In this document: positions 27,801-36,472 of the stretch, one piece after another
Numbering within the stretch: the first letter of the stretch is position 1
Layout: every line of letters begins with the position of its first letter
IMG/VR virus record: IMGVR_UViG_3300029309_000066
Coordinates: 1-50,943 of that record
Direction: 5' to 3' (one strand)
From: a virus
Taxonomy: Duplodnaviria; Caudoviricetes
DNA length: 50,943 nucleotides
Program-made: the position numbers and the translations under genes
The notes under the pieces: generated by a model
Database searches by the model: none
What the model saw: the letters and a program-made list of their open reading frames with translations, nothing else
What the model was told of the DNA's origin: nothing

Positions 27801-28236
27801 CATAAAGAAATATGATAACACCAATAGTGGTGTTCTTTATACAATACCAAAAGACCCAAACAATGAACCAGAATGGAAATTAATCCAACAAGGTAAATTA
27901 AACATTGATGGGAACGATATGCGAATTGTTGGTATAAAAAGACTAAATAAAGATGGAAAAGAAATGGTTGGCATATTTAGAGAAATTGGCACGATTAAAG
28001 AAAATGCCAATAAGGTAAATGATAAAGAGCCAGATGCAAAGGGTGTTGTAAATAATATTATTGATAATGGTGGTTTTACAATTTCTGCATGGAAAGAAAT
28101 ATCGGAAAGAAAAAATGCCTATGTAAGTTTAAAAGTAAGGGCATTTCAAGAAGATAATTCAAGAAAGGTAGAAGATAAACAAGACAACAATAATCAAGAT
28201 AACGACATTAAAATTGATGACGATATACCATTTTAA
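27793..28236 (+). CDS. Putative single-stranded DNA-binding protein
   Basis: YDNTNSG, acidic tail ending DDDIPF; follows erf. Confidence 0.7.
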   Translation: MDNIKKYDNTNSGVLYTIPKDPNNEPEWKLIQQGKLNIDGNDMRIVGIKRLNKDGKEMVGIFREIGTIKENANKVNDKEPDAKGVVNNIIDNGGFTISAWKEISERKNAYVSLKVRAFQEDNSRKVEDKQDNNNQDNDIKIDDDIPF

Positions 28237-28245
28237 AGGGAGAAA

Positions 28246-28560
28246 ATGATGCAAATAAAAGATTTAATATTATCTGAAGTAAAATCACACCCAATAAGCC
28301 AAAGGTCAGATGCACCAACTGGTTCTGAAAATCTTACACAACATGAAAATGTTAAAAGATATTTAGAAAGCATGAATATGATAACACCATATTATGCTTT
28401 AAATGTTTATGGTGCATTTAGACTAAGTGCAATTATTTATGAATTGCGAAAAGAGGGTTTAGATATTATTACTGAAATGGTAACGAGTAAAGGTAAGTCA
28501 TTTGCCTGTTATATGTTAAAGGCAAGGTATGATGAACTTAAAACACAAACCGATACGTAA
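28246..28560 (+). CDS. Winged HTH protein
   Basis: ITP..AL..YG.FRLSAII..LR..G..I.T. Confidence 0.75.
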   Translation: MMQIKDLILSEVKSHPISQRSDAPTGSENLTQHENVKRYLESMNMITPYYALNVYGAFRLSAIIYELRKEGLDIITEMVTSKGKSFACYMLKARYDELKTQTDT

Positions 28561-28987
28561 TAAAAACTTTATGATTTTTGTAGCGAACAGAGAATGTTCG
28601 TTACATAATCATTCAACTTATCGTTGCAGTGGTGGTGTTCAAGCACATCATTTATTAAAACCATGGGACGGATATAGGGGAATGGGTTTAAAAGCAGGCG
28701 ATAATAATTGTATTCCTCTGTGCCAAAGACATCATGCACATTTACATGATAAACATGGTAACGAAGATACATTTTGGCAATTATTTAAGTTGCCAGAGGA
28801 TTATGGTCGTATCGTATCACAATCTTTGTGGTATTCATTTAAACTAGGAGTATCTATGGAAGAAAAAATAAGTAAATTCAAGGACTTAATAACTGAAATT
28901 GACATATCAAAATACAAACAAAAAGAATATGTAGTTATTGTAAATGCTATTTATAAAAGTATTTTTGGAGACAAATATGGAAACTGA
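28529..28987 (+). CDS. DUF968/HNH-like putative nuclease
   Basis: C...C, AHH, GMGLK..D...IPLC..HH. Confidence 0.75.
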   Translation: MMNLKHKPIRNKNFMIFVANRECSLHNHSTYRCSGGVQAHHLLKPWDGYRGMGLKAGDNNCIPLCQRHHAHLHDKHGNEDTFWQLFKLPEDYGRIVSQSLWYSFKLGVSMEEKISKFKDLITEIDISKYKQKEYVVIVNAIYKSIFGDKYGN

Positions 28988-29312
28988 AAAAATTACTGAA
29001 GAAGAAGTACAAAAAGCAGTAGATTATTTACGAGACAGTTCTACTGAATGTGCAAAGGCAAGAGCAGAATTAATTTATGTTACTGAATATAGAAAATCTT
29101 TAAAAGCAATCTTAATGAAAAAACATGGAGAACTGGCATATTCTGGTCAAGAGAGAGAAGCATATGCTGAACAAGAATATAAAAAACATTTAGATGCAAT
29201 TAAAGAAGCAACCTTTACTTATGAACGATTAAAATTTTTAAGAGAATCAGCAAAAGCCAAAATAGATGCTTGGCAAACAATGTCTGCAAATATTAGAGCT
29301 ATCAAGGTATAA
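28977..29312 (+). CDS. Conserved coiled-coil phage protein
   Basis: GGAG RBS; RKS.KA.LM, QEREAYA, W.T..AN.R. Confidence 0.75.
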   Translation: METEKITEEEVQKAVDYLRDSSTECAKARAELIYVTEYRKSLKAILMKKHGELAYSGQEREAYAEQEYKKHLDAIKEATFTYERLKFLRESAKAKIDAWQTMSANIRAIKV

Positions 29313-29440
29313 AGAGGCTACCAGTCTTTCTTCTATACCTATGTATGATTAAACAAAAAATAATTTTTACAGAGGTTCTAACTCTAGTAATCGTTTAAAA
29401 TGTCAAGAAAAAAAAGTTTTTATAATTATAAAATTTATGA

Positions 29441-29499
29441 TTGACATAATAGCTACTGATATTACCTTAAAACTATCATTAATTTTATTGGGAGAAAGA
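29441..29499 (+). promoter_or_regulatory. Early-type promoter plus conserved leader
   Basis: TTGACA-16-TACCTT; TGGGAGAAAGA at 29489-29499. Confidence 0.65.
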
Positions 29500-29501
29500 A
29501 A

Positions 29502-29690
29502 ATGATAATAGAACTTTACGAAGATGTAAAAAAACTAGAAGAAATAAAATCTGTATGTTTTGGTTATTCACGAAGTACAATCCAATCACATATCCAAGAT
29601 TTGATAAATGAAAAAAATAAACAAATCGCAAAAATTCAAGATGAACACAACAGACGTTCATTAGAAGATTTATTAGGGAGGAAAATATAA
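29502..29690 (+). CDS. Hypothetical protein
   Basis: Follows the conserved leader. Confidence 0.75.
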   Translation: MIIELYEDVKKLEEIKSVCFGYSRSTIQSHIQDLINEKNKQIAKIQDEHNRRSLEDLLGRKI

Positions 29691-29917
29691 TGGGTGGTCA
29701 AGCATTTAAAAATCATATGGAAAAAAAGATGGATAAAGAAATAGAAAATACAATTAAAAATATTTCACATCACGAAGAAGTAGAGAAAAAGGCAAAATCA
29801 TTATATACAAAATGGTACGAAAGAAATCTTTTACCTTTTGATTATGCAGATTTAGATGATTTTGTAGAATATTTTACAGACCTATATATTAAACATTGGG
29901 AGGGTTCACATGAATAG
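29690..29917 (+). CDS. Hypothetical protein
   Basis: GGAGG RBS, coupled. Confidence 0.75.
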   Translation: MGGQAFKNHMEKKMDKEIENTIKNISHHEEVEKKAKSLYTKWYERNLLPFDYADLDDFVEYFTDLYIKHWEGSHE

Positions 29918-31184
29918 ACCAATTTTATGTTCAGAAATCCTATCTGCATTAACACAACCAAAAAGAGCATTAGCCCTCTATCAAGGAGGGCGAATTGCAG
30001 ATTCAAAGATAAGACAAAAACAATTTGAATTTGTTGATGCAAAGAAATTTGTAATTTCAGACAACATGATAGAAAATGCTTGGGATATTTCACTTTCAAA
30101 GCCATCTGTAATATTAGAATTACTTGATTATGCCAGAGTTCCATTTGAAAATGTTTGGTTTGAATGGAATGAAAATCTAAGACAAGAGATAATGCAGAAT
30201 TATGCAAAAAAACATGGCAAAGAAATAGATGATACAAGACCTAGCAGATATCCACAGAGGGTTGGTTATCATATTAAAAAATTTAAAAATCGTTTAGATG
30301 AAGATTATTATTTATACGAAAACTGGTGGTTTACTGGTGAAAATGTAGTAAATCAAGAAAAATGGTCATCATCTGAATTACCAAATAAATATTTTACACC
30401 TACAATGTGTTTTACATTAGAAGATACAGACCCAAATTGGGAAGATGCCATTGCACGAATTCAGTTATTAGATGAAATGCCAGAACAAGGTAGACCCACA
30501 ACACCAATGGACATGATGATACAATCGTTCTGTGTAGGTACACAATTATTAGGTAGAAATTACTCTTATAAATATATACCTAGAAAATTTTTATTAACTC
30601 TTGAAGAAAAACAAAAATTAGGCAATCAAAAAGGTTATTTAAAATTTTTAGAAAAGGTAATTAAATACGAAGGTAATCACGAATTTAATTGTTTCAAACA
30701 AATTTGTTACAGATTGAGTTTGGCACAAAGTTCATCAATGCATTGGTCTATACCAGAATGGAAGTTCAAAGAGGGATATACTATGAAAGAAATACAAGAC
30801 CATGAATCTACTGCATTGGTTTCTATGGAGGGCGATACAAGATTTATGATTAGTTTATTATCTTTAATAAATCAAAATCTACATGAACAAGAGTTTGTAG
30901 AACCTAATTCTAAAATTGTTCATACTGTTCTTGGTAAAAGAGTTCCTAGAAATTCTTATTATGTATTAAATGTTATTGTGCCAAAATCTGGTATCAGAAA
31001 AATATATAAAACTACATTTACTGGCAAGGGTAATCCTAAAAGAGAGCATGAAAGACGAGGTCATATGAGGCACCTGCGAGATAAAGATGGTAATGTGTAT
31101 AAAAAGATATGGATTAAAGATATGGTCGTTGGTAACGCAGAACTAGGGAAAGTAACCAAAGATTACAATTTTAAATCTGAATAA
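29910..31184 (+). CDS. Hypothetical protein with a C-terminal H-x-RRGH-x-R motif
   Basis: 424 aa; REHERRGHMR...WIK...VGN..LG. Confidence 0.75.
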   Translation: MNRPILCSEILSALTQPKRALALYQGGRIADSKIRQKQFEFVDAKKFVISDNMIENAWDISLSKPSVILELLDYARVPFENVWFEWNENLRQEIMQNYAKKHGKEIDDTRPSRYPQRVGYHIKKFKNRLDEDYYLYENWWFTGENVVNQEKWSSSELPNKYFTPTMCFTLEDTDPNWEDAIARIQLLDEMPEQGRPTTPMDMMIQSFCVGTQLLGRNYSYKYIPRKFLLTLEEKQKLGNQKGYLKFLEKVIKYEGNHEFNCFKQICYRLSLAQSSSMHWSIPEWKFKEGYTMKEIQDHESTALVSMEGDTRFMISLLSLINQNLHEQEFVEPNSKIVHTVLGKRVPRNSYYVLNVIVPKSGIRKIYKTTFTGKGNPKREHERRGHMRHLRDKDGNVYKKIWIKDMVVGNAELGKVTKDYNFKSE

Positions 31185-31216
31185 TGTATAAATGTAAAAA
31201 AAATACCTTTTTAGTG

Positions 31217-31274
31217 TTGAATATTTACAAATATAAATTATATATATACTATAATCAATTTTATGGGAGAAAGA
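31217..31274 (+). promoter_or_regulatory. Early-type promoter plus conserved leader
   Basis: TTGAAT-16-TATATA; TGGGAGAAAGA at 31264-31274. Confidence 0.6.
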
Positions 31275-31276
31275 TT

Positions 31277-31633
31277 ATGAACAAAAAAATCTTAAAATAT
31301 ATTGAAGAATATAAAGGTTATTCTTTAACAGATTGGGAAAAAGAATATTATTCTAAACATTACCCAACAATAGAGAAGTTTGAAAAAGATATGATATATC
31401 AATCAATATCAGATATTTCAAAAGAATTACATGGTTCACGATATAGACTTGATATTGATGAATATTCAATAGAAGAATTGCAATCAATCTTAGATGAGTT
31501 CATTCAAGAAATAAAAAATGAAAATCAAAGAAGAGCAGATAAAGAGGCTGAGAATTTTGTTAAAAATAAATTATTGGCAAAAAGTATCGGTGTTTCTATT
31601 GAAGACTTACACAGATGGGAAGTGGCATGGTAG
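31277..31633 (+). CDS. Hypothetical protein
   Basis: Start MNKKILKY after the conserved leader. Confidence 0.75.
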   Translation: MNKKILKYIEEYKGYSLTDWEKEYYSKHYPTIEKFEKDMIYQSISDISKELHGSRYRLDIDEYSIEELQSILDEFIQEIKNENQRRADKEAENFVKNKLLAKSIGVSIEDLHRWEVAW

Positions 31634-31709
31634 CCACCTCCCCCTATAACCCAACGGAGGAATGTAAGGTTATTCCTCCTTGTATCATAAAATAAAAAAG
31701 GAGACAATT

Positions 31710-32612
31710 ATGTTAGATACTAAATTTTTTAAAGACGAGATGGCAAAGGTAGATTTTCCAATATCTATTTTGCCAATAAATGATATTCCATTAGAGATGG
31801 GACAGAAATTGGTAAGAACCGATACATCTGAACCTTTGGGTATTGTTAAATCAAAATATAAGCCAATTCTACATAAAGATTGTTTTGGTGGTGCAATCGA
31901 GCAAATGAAGATTGCAGGAGTATCTTTTAAAGATGCTGAAATGAATATTCAATCTTATGAAAATGGTGCAATGGCAAAGATGGAGTTATTATTACCAGAC
32001 CATAATACTACTATTGGTAAACATAATTTATCTTTAAAATATGTTGCCAGAAATTCATATAATGGTAGATGGAAATTTCAAGCTTTCTTTGGTTGGTTAA
32101 ATCATGTTTGTTTTAATACATTGGTTACTGGTCAAAAATTGGCATATACATCAAATAGACATACTAAATCTTTTGATATTGAGTCATCTAATAAAAAGAT
32201 TACAAATGCTATTAAGGCAGTTACAGATGAAACTGAAAGATTTAAAAATTGGTGGGATATACCAGTAGAAGATGAACAGGTAAAAAACCTGTTTCAATCT
32301 ACTATTGCCAAGCAAAAACTATCTAAAGGTTCTAAAATGGCAGGTATTAATGAAACCAATAAAAAGCAATTATCTATTTTAATGGGATTATACGACCAAG
32401 AGGTAGCACAATTACATGGTCAAGGTGATTATGGTAGGGCTGATGCTAAAGGCTCTCTATGGTGTGCATATCAATCTGCAACTGCATGGTCTACACATCT
32501 TGCAGATATACAAAGAGACGATACAAAAAAATATCTTGTAGAAATAGATAGACAAACTTTGGTTTCAGATATGGTCAATTCTGATAATTGGAAAGAATTA
32601 GAAGATGCTTAG
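31710..32612 (+). CDS. DUF932/DUF945-like protein
   Basis: LVRTDT..PLG.V...Y, NSYNG, VC.N.L, H..S, SLW..Y...T.W.TH. Confidence 0.75.
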   Translation: MLDTKFFKDEMAKVDFPISILPINDIPLEMGQKLVRTDTSEPLGIVKSKYKPILHKDCFGGAIEQMKIAGVSFKDAEMNIQSYENGAMAKMELLLPDHNTTIGKHNLSLKYVARNSYNGRWKFQAFFGWLNHVCFNTLVTGQKLAYTSNRHTKSFDIESSNKKITNAIKAVTDETERFKNWWDIPVEDEQVKNLFQSTIAKQKLSKGSKMAGINETNKKQLSILMGLYDQEVAQLHGQGDYGRADAKGSLWCAYQSATAWSTHLADIQRDDTKKYLVEIDRQTLVSDMVNSDNWKELEDA

Positions 32613-32622
32613 GGAGGGAAAA

Positions 32623-32925
32623 ATGAAACTATTATATCTTTTAATTATATTGGGGTTAACTGCTTGTAGCAGTTCCCCAAAAAATAAAGTTGCAGAGGTA
32701 AAACTTGGCACGGTAATACCAAAAAATATGTCCTCAGATGGTGTAGCAAAATTGATGCATGATAGGCAAATATTTCAGATGACAAGACAAGAAGTTATTA
32801 CTGCCATTCAAGATTGCCATTCTGCTGATTTAAGGGCTGTATTATATCATGGTAGGGTACAAGTAACTGGTCGTTATATACCTATTGTGGTTCAAGTACA
32901 ATGTGCAGTTAAGATAACGAGATAA
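32623..32925 (+). CDS. Putative lipoprotein
   Basis: MKLLYLLIILGLTAC|SSS signal peptide with lipobox. Confidence 0.75.
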   Translation: MKLLYLLIILGLTACSSSPKNKVAEVKLGTVIPKNMSSDGVAKLMHDRQIFQMTRQEVITAIQDCHSADLRAVLYHGRVQVTGRYIPIVVQVQCAVKITR

Positions 32926-32928
32926 AGG

Positions 32929-32980
32929 GGTTGGGGAGTATTATGAATCTTCGGCGAAATTTTTGGAGTACTCCCCAACC
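32929..32980. other. Strong GC-rich hairpin
   Basis: Perfect 12-bp stem GGTTGGGGAGTA/TACTCCCCAACC with a 28-nt interior. Confidence 0.7.
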
Positions 32981-33008
32981 AGATGCAACTTTATTATACA
33001 TTAATTGG

Positions 33009-33061
33009 TTGATATTACTACTAATTTATATAAAATGTTACTAACTTTTATGGGAGAAAGA
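33009..33061 (+). promoter_or_regulatory. Early-type promoter plus conserved leader
   Basis: TTGATA-16-TAAAAT; TGGGAGAAAGA at 33051-33061. Confidence 0.7.
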
Positions 33062-33063
33062 TT

Positions 33064-33234
33064 ATGAAGAACGAAAATTTAATAGATACAAATAAATATA
33101 TTAAACTAAAATATCCAGATGGCGATGTAGAATTTTGGACATGTGACAGTCCGATTTCAGAATTAAAAAGACTTCAGAAATTACACAATAACAAAATTGA
33201 AATAGAATATATTGAGGTAAGGGTAACAAAATGA
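33064..33234 (+). CDS. Hypothetical protein (56 aa, not in ORF track)
   Basis: MKNENLIDTNKYIKLKYPDG...; ATGA coupling to the next gene. Confidence 0.7.
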   Translation: MKNENLIDTNKYIKLKYPDGDVEFWTCDSPISELKRLQKLHNNKIEIEYIEVRVTK

Positions 33235-33458
33235 ATATTTATGAACACGATAAAGAAACCTTACAATACATTGACCATTACTCAGTAACTGAATTGGTTG
33301 ATAGAGGTCAATATGAAAAGACTAAATTTTTTAATATTAAAGATGCAATCAAATTTAGAGATGCTGTATTAAATAAAAATAAATTGGCACGCATTGCAAT
33401 ATATGCAGTTTGCACACCACCTGCCAGACCAGTTGTAAACTTGATAATGGAGGTTTAA
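33231..33458 (+). CDS. Hypothetical protein
   Basis: GAGG RBS, coupled. Confidence 0.75.
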   Translation: MNIYEHDKETLQYIDHYSVTELVDRGQYEKTKFFNIKDAIKFRDAVLNKNKLARIAIYAVCTPPARPVVNLIMEV

Positions 33459-33623
33459 ATGGATAATAGGTATTATGTAAAGATACGTTTATACGAAGAT
33501 TTACCAGATATGCCACATAGTGGTAAATATTTAGAATTTATGATAGAGGCAAAATCTGAGCAAGATGTTCGTATGATGGTTTCAGATAGACATAAAATAA
33601 CATTAATCACATTAGTTGATTAA
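33459..33623 (+). CDS. Hypothetical protein (54 aa, not in ORF track)
   Basis: GGAGG RBS; MDNRYYVKIRLYEDLPDMPHSGKYLEF... Confidence 0.7.
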   Translation: MDNRYYVKIRLYEDLPDMPHSGKYLEFMIEAKSEQDVRMMVSDRHKITLITLVD

Positions 33624-33664
33624 TAGAAAAGGTTTGGCATAGAATATATTATCTGTTAGAAATA

Positions 33665-33830
33665 TTATAAGATGTAATTTTAACCATACCTATATTAATG
33701 ATTTAAATTATATCTTGTAAAGATGGAATTGGGCTTCGCAAGAAAAGTAGCCTCTTGGCTCTCTTTCTCCCACCCCCACCTTAAATTGGTATGTGAAGGG
33801 CGAGGATAAGCATACCACCGATTAATTTTT
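33665..33830 (+). ncRNA. Candidate small regulatory RNA antisense to the early-gene leaders
   Basis: Three hairpins flanking a pyrimidine-rich tract containing TCTTTCTCCCA; possible promoter TTGGCA-17-TAGAAA at 33634-33662. Confidence 0.45.
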
Positions 33831-34304
33831 ATTTGTCTTCCATAGAAAAAATATAAGAACAAAAAAACCAATTATTGTAATTGTTAAACCTATTATGGCA
33901 ATAACATTAATTATCTTATCTCTTTGTTCTTGTTTTTTATGAACAAATTCTGCTCGTTCTTTTCGTATCTTACCTTCTAAGGCTAACAATTCGTTCCAAC
34001 CAGATGGACCATACGACATCATAATTATATTTTTTAAATCTTGCCTATGTTTTTGCATTTTTTTCTTGGCAATCAAACTATCAACTGCAACTTTTTCTAT
34101 ATTCTCACTATTAAACATAGATTGCCAAAATGTAGGGTTCTTGGCTCGTTTCTCTAAATGTTCAATATCACTACTATTTTGCATAAAAGTAGAAACTTGA
34201 TTTGTCATTTCAGATATATCTTTGCCTAATGCAATACCTTGTTTAAGATAATCAACACATTTGGTAGCACCTGCCAATAATATGCCAATAGTTGCAGGTT
34301 CCAT
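33822..34304 (-). CDS. Membrane-anchored hypothetical protein
   Basis: Coiled coil plus C-terminal TM helix. Confidence 0.8.
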   Translation of the reverse strand: MEPATIGILLAGATKCVDYLKQGIALGKDISEMTNQVSTFMQNSSDIEHLEKRAKNPTFWQSMFNSENIEKVAVDSLIAKKKMQKHRQDLKNIIMMSYGPSGWNELLALEGKIRKERAEFVHKKQEQRDKIINVIAIIGLTITIIGFFVLIFFLWKTNKN

Positions 34305-34307
34305 TTT

Positions 34308-34475
34308 CTACCTCACCAATAATCCCACCAATAAAACTATAGTCGTCCCTGCTGTTCCTATCATTATGTGTTCAATACGTTTTATTCGTAATATAGTTTC
34401 TTTCCAACGTTCTGCACATACAGCCTCGTGTGTATCTATTTGTGATTTTACTTTTTCTATTGATGGTCTAGGCAT
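34308..34475 (-). CDS. Small membrane protein (HEAVCAERW type)
   Basis: GGAG RBS; one C-terminal TM helix. Confidence 0.7.
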   Translation of the reverse strand: MPRPSIEKVKSQIDTHEAVCAERWKETILRIKRIEHIMIGTAGTTIVLLVGLLVR

Positions 34476-34498
34476 ATATTCTAAAATTACTCCCCACA

Positions 34499-36472
34499 TC
34501 ATGTCATATCAAGTGAATCTAATATTTTTCTACGTGCAGACATTGGAACATCTTGTAAAAATTCTGATGCTTGTGCTGACCCTGTAATATTAATATCTTC
34601 ATCTGCAAGAGGTGCAGTACCTGTTACTGTACCACCAATTATACTATCTATAACCCTTTCAACTTTATTAGTTAACATATCCCTTGCACTTTTATCTCTT
34701 AAAGAATTTTTTAGTAACTCTACATCTTCTTGTAATATTAATTTTGCCACTTGTGCAAGTTGACTATCTGAAAGTTGTGCTGATTTACCCGGCAATATTT
34801 TTCTAATTAACCTCATACCACCACCAACAGTACCTTGTAAAAGGTCCATTACATCTCCTGCATCAGATAAAGTAAATGATGTACCAATTCTTTTTGCCTT
34901 TTCTAAGGTTGGTGCTGTAATTGTTGTATTTAGTATTTTACCTTTTGCCATAAGGGCGCCTGCTGCAACATCAGCTTTATTTAAAATTTCTTCTAAAGAT
35001 TCTTGTGGGTAAAGTTTACTTAAAATAATTCGTTCTCGTGATGGTGGTTCTGTTTTTACTAATTGATTAATAAAATTGGCTTTTCTATTTCCAGATGCAA
35101 GTTTTCTAATATTTGATAATGCACCAAGTTTTAAGCCTTCTATCGCATTTGTATTACCTGTACTTAAAATATTATCAATAATAATTTCTGCATCATCAGC
35201 ACTCTTATTAAAGATGGTTTCACCTATTTTAAAATTATCATTACCTTTTTTTAAATTAGACCAATTTAATCTTGTTTGTTTAAGGTCTGGCGATATATCA
35301 TCAATAATTTTTCTCAAGGCATTTTCTTGTAATCTTACTTCTTTACCAAGTGTTCCGTCGCCATCTTTAAACAATCTTGCTTGTCTATCAAATAAAATAC
35401 CACGAATTTTCTCTGCCATCTCTAAACTAACATCACCTGTTAACGTTAAAACACCTTTATCATCTATCTTAAATAAATTTCCATCACCACCTGTAGCACG
35501 ATGTAGCTCATTCATTTTTGACCTTAAGCTTCTATTTATATTGGCAATCTGTAAAATAGCTAAATTTAAATTGTTTGATTTAAAATTTTTAAATTTATCG
35601 TAAATTTCATTATATGCTTTACTTTCTGCACTAGCAAAAGCACTTTGATTTGCTTGAAATAATTTTTTTACATTACCTTCTGCACTACCAGATAAATCTT
35701 TTTGTATGCCACTAAATACCTCAGCAGGTTTTTTTATGGCACGTTCTTCTAATTTTTTAGCAATTTCTCCAGCACCTCTGGTACCTTTAGAATATAACGC
35801 TTTAATATTTGCAGCCAATTCTGGACTGATTTCTGGAATTATTTTACCTTGGGCAACACCAGCAATTATGTCATCTATACTTACAGCAGATTCTTCTGCT
35901 ATTCTTTGCAACTCTTTTTCAGCTTTGTTACCTACTTGTCCTTTAATTTTTCTTAATATTGGTTGAGCAATGGCCTTACCTGCTCCTGCTATTGCCTGCA
36001 TTGTTTTTGCAGCCAATGGACCTGCAACAGCACCTGTTAATGTCTCACCAACCAGTTCTGCAGGTTTATCCATAACTCGTTCTGTTATTGTTGAACCCTC
36101 TTTACCACCTAATCCATATACAAAACTACTACCTGCACCAACTGTTGCCATTCTACCTAAAGTTACAGGTGCCATAGTGCCACCAGAAAAAATACTTAAT
36201 GTTAAACCGGGTACGAATGCACCACCAATCTCTAATGCCATAGATGTTTTAGGAAACTGTCTTTGTATTCTTTCAACTTCTGCTCTTTCTTCTGCAATGG
36301 CTTCATCTATGGTTAAATCTGGGTCAAGATAACCACGAAGTGTACCTATTGCTTCGTCACCAAATCTAAAACCTAAACCTTGACCAAAAAACATACGAGC
36401 AACATCTTTATAGTTAATAGATGGCTCTTTTATGCCATATTTTTTTCTTAATCTTGTTGCTGTTTCACTCAT
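34499..36472 (-). CDS. Internal virion / DNA ejection protein
   Basis: 657 aa, helical; QGL.F.FGDE motif and Gly/Ala-rich hydrophobic segments. Confidence 0.7.
   Translation of the reverse strand: MSETATRLRKKYGIKEPSINYKDVARMFFGQGLGFRFGDEAIGTLRGYLDPDLTIDEAIAEERAEVERIQRQFPKTSMALEIGGAFVPGLTLSIFSGGTMAPVTLGRMATVGAGSSFVYGLGGKEGSTITERVMDKPAELVGETLTGAVAGPLAAKTMQAIAGAGKAIAQPILRKIKGQVGNKAEKELQRIAEESAVSIDDIIAGVAQGKIIPEISPELAANIKALYSKGTRGAGEIAKKLEERAIKKPAEVFSGIQKDLSGSAEGNVKKLFQANQSAFASAESKAYNEIYDKFKNFKSNNLNLAILQIANINRSLRSKMNELHRATGGDGNLFKIDDKGVLTLTGDVSLEMAEKIRGILFDRQARLFKDGDGTLGKEVRLQENALRKIIDDISPDLKQTRLNWSNLKKGNDNFKIGETIFNKSADDAEIIIDNILSTGNTNAIEGLKLGALSNIRKLASGNRKANFINQLVKTEPPSRERIILSKLYPQESLEEILNKADVAAGALMAKGKILNTTITAPTLEKAKRIGTSFTLSDAGDVMDLLQGTVGGGMRLIRKILPGKSAQLSDSQLAQVAKLILQEDVELLKNSLRDKSARDMLTNKVERVIDSIIGGTVTGTAPLADEDINITGSAQASEFLQDVPMSARRKILDSLDMT

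Noticed and set aside
31184-31276. N-terminal extension of the 149-aa ORF (also extensions at 5280, 27709, 28944, 31680, 26354, 23412, 34502)
   Set aside because: These extensions cover promoters or upstream genes; better RBS-supported starts lie downstream
33721-33820. GC-rich intergenic stretch as a tRNA
   Set aside because: No cloverleaf, T-loop GTTC motif or CCA acceptor stem; retained only as an sRNA candidate
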